From an uncultured virus (IMG/VR IMGVR_UViG_3300007171_000076) (lineage: Duplodnaviria > Heunggongvirae > Uroviricota > Caudoviricetes), in the IMG/VR virus record IMGVR_UViG_3300007171_000076: 20,000 bases of DNA; one strand, given 5' to 3'. Both the position numbers and the translations under genes were made by a program. Positions 1 through 8,152 of the stretch are shown here, piece by piece. Under the pieces are notes generated by a model, which had not been told where the DNA came from, searched no databases, and saw only the letters and a program-made list of their open reading frames with translations. Numbering within the stretch: position 1 is the first letter of the stretch; every line of letters starts with the position of its first letter.

Positions 1-254
1 TGTTCTGGAGTCATGTACACATAAGATGGTATTTCCAAATCTGAAAATACATGAAAATCGGGAGGATATACATCTGACTCCATTTTTATCAAATCATTTG
101 GTTTAAACGAAGTATTTACCCAATCTAACTTTTCAACAATTGGTTCGCCTTCAGGGGTTTTAGCAATCTTTTGTAATACTTTGTCATTAATGTCAGCTTG
201 CTTAAAATTTCCTACTGATTCATGATATTTACAGCTAGAAAGAATAATTTTCAA
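1..254 (-). CDS. Hypothetical phage protein, 5' part only (runs off window start); possible head-internal protein
   Basis: Not in ORF track. TTG at 254-252 after GAGG SD. Open frame MKIILSSCKYHESVGNFKQADINDKVLQKIAKTPEGEPIVEKLDW... continues to the window edge. Confidence 0.75.
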   Translation of the reverse strand, partial: MKIILSSCKYHESVGNFKQADINDKVLQKIAKTPEGEPIVEKLDWVNTSFKPNDLIKMESDVYPPDFHVFSDLEIPSYVYMTPE

Positions 255-273
255 TTTATTTACCTCAGATTAT

Positions 274-302
274 TATTTAACACAAAATCCAATTTAAAAC
301 CT
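274..302 (-). promoter_or_regulatory. Candidate phage-specific (late) promoter AGG-N20-TAAATA
   Basis: Minus strand reads aaAGGttttaaattggattttgtgtTAAATA upstream of the 254 start; the same pattern recurs at 12554-12582 and 18937-18964. Confidence 0.4.
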
Positions 303-311
303 TTTGTACAA

Positions 312-413
312 TTATGGCCAAAGCAAAATTAATATCGGTAAAATTAACAAAATTAGGCTTAAAAATACGATTAAAACAATCAATATTTCTAATACTTTTA
401 AATTTTGCTTCAT
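312..413 (-). CDS. Small single-pass membrane protein (33 aa)
   Basis: Not in ORF track. AGGAG SD then ATG at 413; MKQNLKVLEILIVLIVFLSLILLILPILILLWP*, almost entirely hydrophobic. Confidence 0.6.
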   Translation of the reverse strand: MKQNLKVLEILIVLIVFLSLILLILPILILLWP

Positions 414-532
414 TGCATTGCTCCTAATTTATTATTCTGTTTAATTCAAAAAATATCCCCAAAAAAATTTCACAAATCAGAGAATAAGGGATTTTAAAAC
501 GGTACAATAGAAGCGTATCGGAGGTTAATTAA

Positions 533-853
533 ATGCCAAAACTTAAGAAGAACTCGACCACTCCCGTCTCTGGTTACATGTATATGACTGAGACAGAATT
601 TTACAATCTTGAAAATGCAGCTCGTAAAGATGATAGCCTAAAGAGCTTCATGGATGTATTTGCTTTTCATCGTACTACACAAACCAATGTAACCAATCAG
701 AAGTATATTGAAGCAGCGAAGAAGCTTTATTACACAGAGGATGAAATGTTCCTTGTTGATGATGATGCTAATGTTTCTATCACAAAGGACGGAGCATATG
801 TTCAAGGTTGGATGTGGGTAGGAAAGAACCAATTGAATAAGAAGAGAGGATAA
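533..853 (+). CDS. Hypothetical phage protein (106 aa)
   Basis: Strong GGAGG SD; stop 1 nt before the nusG start; C-terminal VDDDANVS...GAYVQGWMWV looks like a conserved motif but I cannot name the family. Confidence 0.8.
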   Translation: MPKLKKNSTTPVSGYMYMTETEFYNLENAARKDDSLKSFMDVFAFHRTTQTNVTNQKYIEAAKKLYYTEDEMFLVDDDANVSITKDGAYVQGWMWVGKNQLNKKRG

Positions 854-854
854 T

Positions 855-1394
855 ATGGCTGGCAGAATGCATTGGTATGCTGTTCATGTCATGACTCAAA
901 AGGAAAAGTCTGTTAAAGATTATTTAGATAAGAGAATTAATACTGGAAATCTAACTAAGAAAATTGCAGAAGTGTTTATTCCTCATGACATTGAAACGCA
1001 AAATAAAAATGGAAAGAAGCAAATAGTACAAAAGAAAGTATATCCAGGTTATGTTTTTGTAAAGATGGTGCTAGATGAAGAAACTTGGCCTATCGTAAGA
1101 CAAACACCCGGAGTGACAAATTTTGTATCATCTGGAGCTAGGAAACCAAATATTATTCCTGAATCTGATATTGCTGACATGAGAGCTCTTGCAAATCCTG
1201 AGAACTTAAATAAACTCAAGAATAAATGGGCTAAAGATATGATGGTGAGAATTAATTCTGGACCATTCTCAGACCTCCAAGGCAAGATTCAGGATGTAAA
1301 TGAAGATAAGGAAAAACTCTATGTAGTGATTACACTTTTTGGGCGAGACCAGCCTGTTGAAGTGCCATTCTCTTATGTAGAAAAGTTGACATAA
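855..1394 (+). CDS. nusG: Transcription termination/antitermination factor NusG (NGN + KOW domains)
   Basis: WYAVHV, YPGYVFVKM and VRQTPGVTNFV (NGN); VRINSGPFSDLQGKI and LFGRDQPVEVPFSYVEK (KOW); typical 179 aa length; GAGG SD. Confidence 0.95.
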   Translation: MAGRMHWYAVHVMTQKEKSVKDYLDKRINTGNLTKKIAEVFIPHDIETQNKNGKKQIVQKKVYPGYVFVKMVLDEETWPIVRQTPGVTNFVSSGARKPNIIPESDIADMRALANPENLNKLKNKWAKDMMVRINSGPFSDLQGKIQDVNEDKEKLYVVITLFGRDQPVEVPFSYVEKLT

Positions 1395-1422
1395 AAAAAG
1401 CCCCCATTTCTGGGGGCTTTTT
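1393..1422. terminator. Bidirectional intrinsic terminator
   Basis: AAAAAAAGCCCCCA-TTTC-TGGGGGCTTTTT between the convergent nusG and 1425..2432 genes. Confidence 0.9.
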
Positions 1423-1424
1423 CT

Positions 1425-2432
1425 TTAATAATATTCCTTGACTGGTGTAATGGAGTCTATTAAAATACTTCCTCCAGTTACATCACCAACTTTAAATCTC
1501 ATCCAATATCTATCAGGGTTCGAGTTTGTTATCATTGGTCTTGCAGTTCCAGCAGTCACAGCATTAATCATTGTTACTAAAGAATCTAAAGGTTTTGTTC
1601 CAGTTCCGTCCAATTGTGTTGGTTTCCAAAGAGCATAATGAAGATTTTTTAATTCCACAAGTCCTGAAAATTTCATTGTGTCTGAATTTCCAGTACTTGT
1701 ATTGTCTAAAAGTGTTACCGAAGTTGTAGACCATGCAGAGCCATTCCAATATTCAGCAGTTAATGTAGTATTTGTAACTGCTCCTTGAGATAATTTGAAT
1801 TGCCAGTGTCTAATTCTTTCAGATGATCCTACATAAACATAATCGGTAGCTGCACTAAAAGAACATTGATCAGCGTTTAAATTTCCTCTATTTTGCATTG
1901 CAGCATTAACATCATAAATTGTTCCACCAGTACCACCACCGCCAACTTGAGCTTTACCAATAATAACTCTGTAATCTTTAGCTTGATAGATATCGGCTTG
2001 TTCACCTAATGCAGATTTTGTGTAAAGAGCTTTTCTACCTACAACGTCTACTCCAACATTAATATTTGTTTTAGCCGCTCCAAGATCCACCATAATGTAG
2101 ATTTCATTTTCATTGTATTCATTCTCTACAAATACTGGTGGGGTAAAAGTTACGATTCCTGTGTATAGTTGATCAGCTTTTGCAGTTACGTTTACAGCCA
2201 TGCCTCTAAAATGGTCTTGTTCTGTTGGAGAAAATCTAAAGTGAGCACCATTACTTAAAATATAAATGTTATAACCAGAAGTGTTTGTTCCAGTTGTATT
2301 CCAAACTCTGATCGATTCAATTTCGCTTCTAGACCACCAAGGTAAAGTAAAATAAACAAATGTACCTGTTATAGTTCCTGAGAATGCCTTGGCTTGCAAT
2401 CTCTGATTATATTGTGAAAAAACTACACTCAT
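1425..2432 (-). CDS. Probable virion structural protein (335 aa, beta-rich, Thr/Gly/Asn-rich)
   Basis: Long ORF with GGAG SD; GGGGTGG linker; EYWNGSAW and RYWMRF motifs of a kind common in phage tail-associated beta-sandwich proteins; TATAAATA on the minus strand upstream (2461-2468). Confidence 0.6.
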   Translation of the reverse strand: MSVVFSQYNQRLQAKAFSGTITGTFVYFTLPWWSRSEIESIRVWNTTGTNTSGYNIYILSNGAHFRFSPTEQDHFRGMAVNVTAKADQLYTGIVTFTPPVFVENEYNENEIYIMVDLGAAKTNINVGVDVVGRKALYTKSALGEQADIYQAKDYRVIIGKAQVGGGGTGGTIYDVNAAMQNRGNLNADQCSFSAATDYVYVGSSERIRHWQFKLSQGAVTNTTLTAEYWNGSAWSTTSVTLLDNTSTGNSDTMKFSGLVELKNLHYALWKPTQLDGTGTKPLDSLVTMINAVTAGTARPMITNSNPDRYWMRFKVGDVTGGSILIDSITPVKEYY

Positions 2433-2506
2433 CGGGTATACTCCATTAAGAAAAGAACGCTATTTATAAAGTTAGTAAATCACCCATATATTTCCTTGCT
2501 CAGTGC

Positions 2507-2575
2507 GGTATAATCAAACAAGGCTAAGGATTAACCGTATACACATAAAGGGGAAGTGCGCTCTGATTCTTAGCC
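2507..2575 (+). promoter_or_regulatory. -10 box (TATAAT, 2509-2514) followed by a structured 5' leader hairpin
   Basis: GGCTAAGGATT (2522-2532) pairs with GATTCTTAGCC (2565-2575): 11 bp including 2 G-U pairs, starting about where transcription would begin. No clear -35 box. Confidence 0.5.
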
Positions 2576-2588
2576 ACAAGGTTTTAAA

Positions 2589-3197
2589 ATGGAAGAAAAA
2601 TATGGTTTATTAAAGCCAATTGAATTATCTTATAAAAAAAGAAAATATGATGAATTTTGGCTTTTTGAATGCGATTGTGGAAATTTAAAAGTTTCTAGAT
2701 TATACGATGTAAAACGTGGAAAAATAAATTCTTGTGGTTGTATCAAAAAGAATCAATTAGCTGAAAGAAATAAAGCTAATGCTAAACATGGTTATTTTGG
2801 AACTCCTACATATAACAGTTGGTCTGGAATAATTGAACGTTGTTGTAATCCTAAAAGCGGAAATTACAGTATGTATGGTGCAAAAGGGATAACAATATGC
2901 GAAAGGTGGCGCTCTTCTTTTGAAAATTTTTTAGATGATATGGGCGATAGACCTCCAGGAACTTCAATAGATAGAATTGATGTTTATGGGAATTATGAGC
3001 CAGAAAATTGCAGATGGGTCGATGCAAAAACACAAGCAAGAAATAAAACCAATAACGTCAGATATGAATTTGATGGTAAAAATTTAACATCAGCCGAATG
3101 GTCAGAAATTACTGGTATAAAAGCTGACACTATAGATAGTCGGATAAAAAGAAGAGGCTGGTCCATTGAGGATGCCTTAATGAGAAAAGTAAAATGA
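2589..3197 (+). CDS. Free-standing HNH-type (putative homing) endonuclease with C-terminal helix-turn-helix
   Basis: CDCG...SCGC, TYNSW...RCCNP...YGAKGITICERW...FENFLDDMG.RP...SIDRID..GNYEPENCRW...Q..N pattern of a common phage HNH-like family; C-terminal LTSAEWSEITGI..TI..RI..GW. ATGA overlap with the next gene. Confidence 0.85.
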   Translation: MEEKYGLLKPIELSYKKRKYDEFWLFECDCGNLKVSRLYDVKRGKINSCGCIKKNQLAERNKANAKHGYFGTPTYNSWSGIIERCCNPKSGNYSMYGAKGITICERWRSSFENFLDDMGDRPPGTSIDRIDVYGNYEPENCRWVDAKTQARNKTNNVRYEFDGKNLTSAEWSEITGIKADTIDSRIKRRGWSIEDALMRKVK

Positions 3198-4585
3198 AAA
3201 TTCAATATGTATCAATCAAACCAACACAAAAAGCAGATGAATTAGGCTGTCATGCTCTTATTCCTGAAATGTTAGCTTCTACTGGTGCAAGGTATTCGAG
3301 AAACAATGAAGGACTAGATGCTATTCTTGCTAAAGTTGATGTAAACAATCAAGAAAAGTCTATAGACACAATTTTTAGACATACTGATTATGGTCACGCT
3401 TCAATTTTAGGAATGGTCCCTATTGCTTTATTCATTGACGAAATATCTCAGTTAGCTGCATATATTCTCTGGACATTAGCACCGCAAGCAGATGGTCAAG
3501 AATGTTCAACAAGATATATTAAAATGGATGCTTCAGGTGTAGTTGATGCAGACACTCTTGGAATTCCTGAAAATCTTAAAGAAGAGTTTAATAATTATAA
3601 TACCAGAGCTTTTAGTTTTTACGAAGAAGCTTTAAAGACTTGGACTGAACTTTCAAATTTACACCCAGAAGCTACTAAAATTCCTAAGTCTCTTCTTGAT
3701 TCTGAGGCTGATAAAGATAAGAAGGCTGTAGCAAGAATGAAGCGAAACTATGCTTTTGACCGTGCTAGAGTTTATATTCCTTTGGCTTCTAAAACTGGTG
3801 TCATGATGATTCAATCTGCTAGGTCTTGGGCAAATATTTCAGCTCATCTTCAAGCAAGCAATCTTAAAGAATTAAGACTTATTGGACAAGAGATTGCAGA
3901 TAAGATGAGTATTGGAGCTCCTAGACTTTTAAAGCATACAAAACCTACAGAAGCAATTAAAAAGTTCCAAGAATACGAGAGAAATCAACTAATCATGGTT
4001 TCAAATATTGTAAAGCCATTAGGAGAGAATGAAACTCACTCTTATTTTGATGTTGAAGATTTACAATATCCACCTGGTCTTATGGCATCTGCTTGTGAAT
4101 TTAGGTCTAACAGATATTCGCCATTTGGAAGTATTGTGTCTAGAACATCTGTCAAATTCTCATGGGAAGGTATTAGTTTTGGTGAGATTAGAGACCTTAA
4201 TCGCCATCGTACAGGAACTAAATATTGTCCTTTGTTACCTCTTGGATTCTATGGTGCTACAGATCAACTTACGCATGAACTTACTGATGTGAACCTGACA
4301 AGTAAGATTAAGGATTTGTACACTAGTTATGAATCAACTACTAGATATGCTTGTAATTTATTAAAAGAATTTCCTGAGTATATTTATTTCACAAGTTTAG
4401 GCCATAAATATTATTTTGAACATACTACTACTGCCGATAAATTCTTATATGAAATGGAATTACGTACTGGTGTTGGAGCTCATTATAAGTATGCTGAACA
4501 TTGCCGAGAAACTCTTAATCAATGGTTTGAGCGTTACCCAGAAACGAAGGGCTTAATTTTCGAGGGTAGTGCAGAACCGGAGTAG
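3194..4585 (+). CDS. thyX: FAD-dependent thymidylate synthase (ThyX/Thy1-like, tandem-domain type)
   Basis: ARYSR, DYGHASI, QECSTRY (SxRY), FDRARVYIP and DLNRHR (RHR) motifs; 463 aa, about twice a single ThyX domain. Confidence 0.85.
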   Translation: MKIQYVSIKPTQKADELGCHALIPEMLASTGARYSRNNEGLDAILAKVDVNNQEKSIDTIFRHTDYGHASILGMVPIALFIDEISQLAAYILWTLAPQADGQECSTRYIKMDASGVVDADTLGIPENLKEEFNNYNTRAFSFYEEALKTWTELSNLHPEATKIPKSLLDSEADKDKKAVARMKRNYAFDRARVYIPLASKTGVMMIQSARSWANISAHLQASNLKELRLIGQEIADKMSIGAPRLLKHTKPTEAIKKFQEYERNQLIMVSNIVKPLGENETHSYFDVEDLQYPPGLMASACEFRSNRYSPFGSIVSRTSVKFSWEGISFGEIRDLNRHRTGTKYCPLLPLGFYGATDQLTHELTDVNLTSKIKDLYTSYESTTRYACNLLKEFPEYIYFTSLGHKYYFEHTTTADKFLYEMELRTGVGAHYKYAEHCRETLNQWFERYPETKGLIFEGSAEPE

Positions 4586-4586
4586 A

Positions 4587-5375
4587 TTAGATTAAATTAA
4601 TGTCTGCTAAGAAACCATCAGAACAATATATTTTATTAATTCTGGTGGTTTCTGCTTTTAATGGAGTTTTATCAGATGTCAACACTAAAGCAATTTTTCC
4701 CTTGTAAATTTCTCTTATAGTCTTGTCTTCAAACTCTTCCCTACTTAAAATCACAGTCTCAGGGTCTTTTGCTTTTCCTGAATAAGATGTGATGATATTA
4801 GCTACATTAATAAGTTTTCCTAATTTCTGTTTATCATTAATTACAATCTTACCAATAAGAATATTATCAATAGTCATATCAAGGAAAGTTTCTAGGCTCA
4901 CTTCTTTTCCTTGAGCAGCATCTATCACTTCAATTGTTTTTTCTTCTTGTGTTTTTTCAGATTTGATTATAACTTTTTGTTCCTCTATAGTATCTCCATG
5001 AAAAACTAGATATTCCTTAGAAATTCCAAAGATATTATAAATGTGTACCGGCTGCAAAGTTTTCTCCATTTCATTAACGATTTGGCTTAAAACTCTTAGA
5101 TCTGTTGTGCCTACCTCATAACAAATAAGAAGATTAATATAATTTACATTTGAGAAGAAGAAAAAGAATCGATTAGCAATATTTTTCCAATCTGGTAGCT
5201 GATCAAGATTCTTTATATGGTAGAATTTATCAGTATCTTTCATCCAAGACGTTTCATACATCTGGTTGCCGATGAATAAAAAGTACCGATGAAAATTTTC
5301 TAATGTATTTGTCCATCCAGCATATTTCAAAGCATCAGATAAGTCGTGGCAGATGAAGCATACAAGATTTTTCAT
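4587..5375 (-). CDS. Hypothetical protein (262 aa)
   Basis: Long ORF filling the gap between thyX and ruvB on the opposite strand; no motif recognised. Confidence 0.75.
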   Translation of the reverse strand: MKNLVCFICHDLSDALKYAGWTNTLENFHRYFLFIGNQMYETSWMKDTDKFYHIKNLDQLPDWKNIANRFFFFFSNVNYINLLICYEVGTTDLRVLSQIVNEMEKTLQPVHIYNIFGISKEYLVFHGDTIEEQKVIIKSEKTQEEKTIEVIDAAQGKEVSLETFLDMTIDNILIGKIVINDKQKLGKLINVANIITSYSGKAKDPETVILSREEFEDKTIREIYKGKIALVLTSDKTPLKAETTRINKIYCSDGFLADINLI

Positions 5376-5393
5376 GAGAATATTTTACAGGAT

Positions 5394-5422
5394 TTGCATC
5401 TGTTAAAAGTCCATGCTAGAAT
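5394..5422 (+). promoter_or_regulatory. Sigma70-type promoter for ruvB-groEL
   Basis: TTGCAT (5394-5399) - 17 nt - TAGAAT (5417-5422) with extended -10 TG at 5414-5415. Confidence 0.7.
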
Positions 5423-5446
5423 AAACCAACCTAATTGGAGAACCCT

Positions 5447-6526
5447 ATGTCAAAGAATAATTTTCGTCCTAAGACCTTTCAAGAAGTAGTAGGTCAAGAT
5501 AACATCAAGCAATATCTCAAAATCAAGGTAGATGCTTTTCATAAGACTGGTACTTGCCCAAGCCACATGTTGTTTCTTGGATTCTCAGGTGCTGGTAAGA
5601 CAACTCTCGCAAATGTTATGGCTAATGAACTCGGCACTAAGTTTCATTCCGTCATGGCTACAAATATTCGTACCTTTGATGACCTCTATAATATCTTTAA
5701 AGACGTAGAGAAGAATGATGTTGTATTTTTCGACGAGATTCATGCAATTGCTCCAAAGATTCAAGAGCATCTTTATTCTGTACTTGAAGATTTTAAACTC
5801 TCTACCTACAACAAGTCTCTTCAGAAGCAACAGACATATGCTTTGCCTAGATTTACATGTATTGGTGCTACAACTCACTCTGGAGATTTGAACGCTCCAC
5901 TCCTGTCTAGGTTCCAAACTAAGTCAATATTGCAACCTTACACAAAGCCTGAACTGACTAAAATGATTCAAGTTGCTGGTAAGAGAATCTATGGAATTGA
6001 TTTGGACATGAATATTTGTGAAGAAATGGCACAACTTTCTAAAAATACTGCAAGAAATGCGTATAATCTTCTTGATAGTTTGATGGTTGTAGCAGAAGCA
6101 AGTTGTACGTCTAAAGTTCAGTCTTATATGATTAATAAAGAATTGCTTCACAAGACTCTTAAACATGAAAATATTGACCCTTGTGTTGGTCTTGAATATT
6201 CATCACGAAATTATCTTGTCAATCTGGTCCAAGAAGGTCAAACTGAAGCGGTCGGAGTGAAAACGCTTTCATCTTTATGTCGAGAACAAGAGTCAAATAT
6301 TATTAACCTCATTGAACCGCCTCTAGTTGCTGGACTTTCATTTTCTCTTGAAGTTAATTCCACGAAAGTAAATTTTGATGGACCTTTCGTCAAGATTACT
6401 AAGAATGGTAGAAGACCAACACAAATTGCTATCGATTATATTAAAACCTGTCAATATCTTCAACAAAAAGATAACTGGTTCCCCCAAGAAAATTTAACTA
6501 TTAAGGAAAAAACATTTAATGCATAA
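5447..6526 (+). CDS. ruvB: Holliday junction branch migration ATPase RuvB-like (AAA+)
   Basis: FRPKTFQEVVGQ, Walker A GFSGAGKTTLA, Walker B FFDEIH, FTCIGATT...PLLSRF, and C-terminal IEP...TKNGR. Start moved to ATG 5447, which follows a GGAG SD; the ORF track TTG at 5435 overlaps that SD. Confidence 0.9.
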   Translation: MSKNNFRPKTFQEVVGQDNIKQYLKIKVDAFHKTGTCPSHMLFLGFSGAGKTTLANVMANELGTKFHSVMATNIRTFDDLYNIFKDVEKNDVVFFDEIHAIAPKIQEHLYSVLEDFKLSTYNKSLQKQQTYALPRFTCIGATTHSGDLNAPLLSRFQTKSILQPYTKPELTKMIQVAGKRIYGIDLDMNICEEMAQLSKNTARNAYNLLDSLMVVAEASCTSKVQSYMINKELLHKTLKHENIDPCVGLEYSSRNYLVNLVQEGQTEAVGVKTLSSLCREQESNIINLIEPPLVAGLSFSLEVNSTKVNFDGPFVKITKNGRRPTQIAIDYIKTCQYLQQKDNWFPQENLTIKEKTFNA

Positions 6527-8129
6527 GATTATTTTACGTGGTATTGAAGCTAGGAATGCCATTGAACGAGGAATTTCGACGGTCGCTGAAAGTGTGGCAT
6601 GCACGTTAGGGCCTAAGGGACGAAACGTCATTATTCAGGGTCAGAGTGGTCCAATTGTAACAAAAGACGGTGTAACTGTTGCAAAGTCTATTGAACTAGA
6701 ATGCCCTTATGAGAACCTTGGAGCGCAATTGTGTCGTCAAGTTTCTTCCAAGACTAATGATGTTGCTGGAGATGGAACCACTACTGCTACTGTTCTTGCT
6801 AACGCTATTGCCAGAGAGGGACTTCGCTATGTTACTGCTGGTGGAAGTCCTATTAGCTTGAAGCGTGGCATTGATAAGGCTGTAGATGCTGTTGTAGAAA
6901 TTATCGCTGGAATGGCAAAGCCTATTGAAAATAAGGAAGAAGTTAACTTTGTTGCTACTATCTCTGGTAACGAGCAAGAAGTTGGTGATATTGTTGCAGA
7001 TGCCATGGAAGCTGTTGGTAAAGATGGCGTAATTACAATCGAGGAGTCTAGGGGTCGAGAAACCACTATGACTGTTGTAGAAGGTATGCGTTTTGATAAG
7101 GGATTCTTGTCTAATATCTTTGCTAATATTCCTGAGAAGATGCAAACCAAGTTCCAAGATCCATTGTATTTGCTTTATGATGGTAAGCTTTCTGATGCAC
7201 ATGCTCTTTATGAATTTATCAATAAGTTCCCTGAGTGTGCAAAAAAGCCTCTTGTAATTATTGCTGATAACATTGAGGGTGAAGCATTGCAGTTCTTGGT
7301 ATTGAATGTTTACCAAGGAAAGAAGCAATGGGTAGCAATTAAGACTCCTGGATTCTCAACACAAAAGAAGGACATGCTACATGATATTGCAGTTCTTACA
7401 GGCTCTAAGGTAATTTCTACAGACCTTGGTACTACTCTTGCAGATGCCGATGAGTCTTATTTCGGTTCTTCTAAGAGCATTATTGTTACTAAGGATTCCA
7501 CTACTATCATCGAGGGTATTGGAACTGAAGCTGATATTGAAGACCGTATTTTGCGAATTAAGGCTACTCTTGAAACATGCGAATCTGATTATGAGGCTAG
7601 AGTATTGAATGGTCGTATGGCAAAGCTTTCTGGTGGAGTTGCGGTCATTCGTGTGGGTGCTAGTACTGAAGCAGAATTGATTGAGAAGAAGTATCGTTAT
7701 GAAGATGCTTTAGCTGCTACCCGTGCTGCTGTAGAAGAGGGAATTGTTCCGGGTGGTGGAGTGACATTGCTTCGTGCATCTAGGAAATTGAATCTTAAGC
7801 TTTCTGATGAAGATGAGAATATTGGCGTTAAGATTGTAAAGCGAGCTCTTGAAGAACCTATTCGCCGTATTGCTTCAAATGCTGGTTATTCTGCAGATGT
7901 TGTGGTGTCTGATGTACTACGAACTAAGGATGGAAAGGGTCTTGATGCCCGATCAGGTAAAATTGTAAATATGCTTGAAAAGGGTATTATAGATCCAGCT
8001 AAGGTTACTCGCTCCGCTCTACAAAATGCAGCTTCTATTGCAGGTCTTGTTCTCACTACTGAAACATTGATTGTAGATAAGCCTGTGGAATCTGAAAAGG
8101 TATTAGTATCTGAGGGGATGATGAACTAG
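6519..8129 (+). CDS. groEL: Chaperonin GroEL (Cpn60)
   Basis: TLGPKGRNV, TKDGVTVAK, AGDGTTTATVLA, EGMRFDKG, LSGGVAVIRVG, EDALAATRAAVEEGIVPGGG, GIIDPAKVTRSALQNAAS; overlaps the ruvB end by 8 nt. Confidence 0.98.
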   Translation: MHKIILRGIEARNAIERGISTVAESVACTLGPKGRNVIIQGQSGPIVTKDGVTVAKSIELECPYENLGAQLCRQVSSKTNDVAGDGTTTATVLANAIAREGLRYVTAGGSPISLKRGIDKAVDAVVEIIAGMAKPIENKEEVNFVATISGNEQEVGDIVADAMEAVGKDGVITIEESRGRETTMTVVEGMRFDKGFLSNIFANIPEKMQTKFQDPLYLLYDGKLSDAHALYEFINKFPECAKKPLVIIADNIEGEALQFLVLNVYQGKKQWVAIKTPGFSTQKKDMLHDIAVLTGSKVISTDLGTTLADADESYFGSSKSIIVTKDSTTIIEGIGTEADIEDRILRIKATLETCESDYEARVLNGRMAKLSGGVAVIRVGASTEAELIEKKYRYEDALAATRAAVEEGIVPGGGVTLLRASRKLNLKLSDEDENIGVKIVKRALEEPIRRIASNAGYSADVVVSDVLRTKDGKGLDARSGKIVNMLEKGIIDPAKVTRSALQNAASIAGLVLTTETLIVDKPVESEKVLVSEGMMN

Positions 8130-8152
8130 CTGATCTAATCTAGGAGGATAAG

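Noticed and set aside
2522..2575. tRNA or known folate/ZTP riboswitch upstream of thyX
   Set aside because: Too short for a tRNA, no T-loop consensus, and I see no THF or ZTP aptamer consensus; kept only as an unassigned hairpin.
2433..3197. Group I intron carrying the HNH gene in thyX
   Set aside because: No upstream exon; thyX appears complete from 3194, and the flanking non-coding DNA is too short for a ribozyme core.
6696..7608. Antisense and alternate-frame ORFs inside groEL (6696..7328, 6827..7150, 7426..7608)
   Set aside because: Shadows of a highly conserved gene with biased codon usage; no recognisable motifs.
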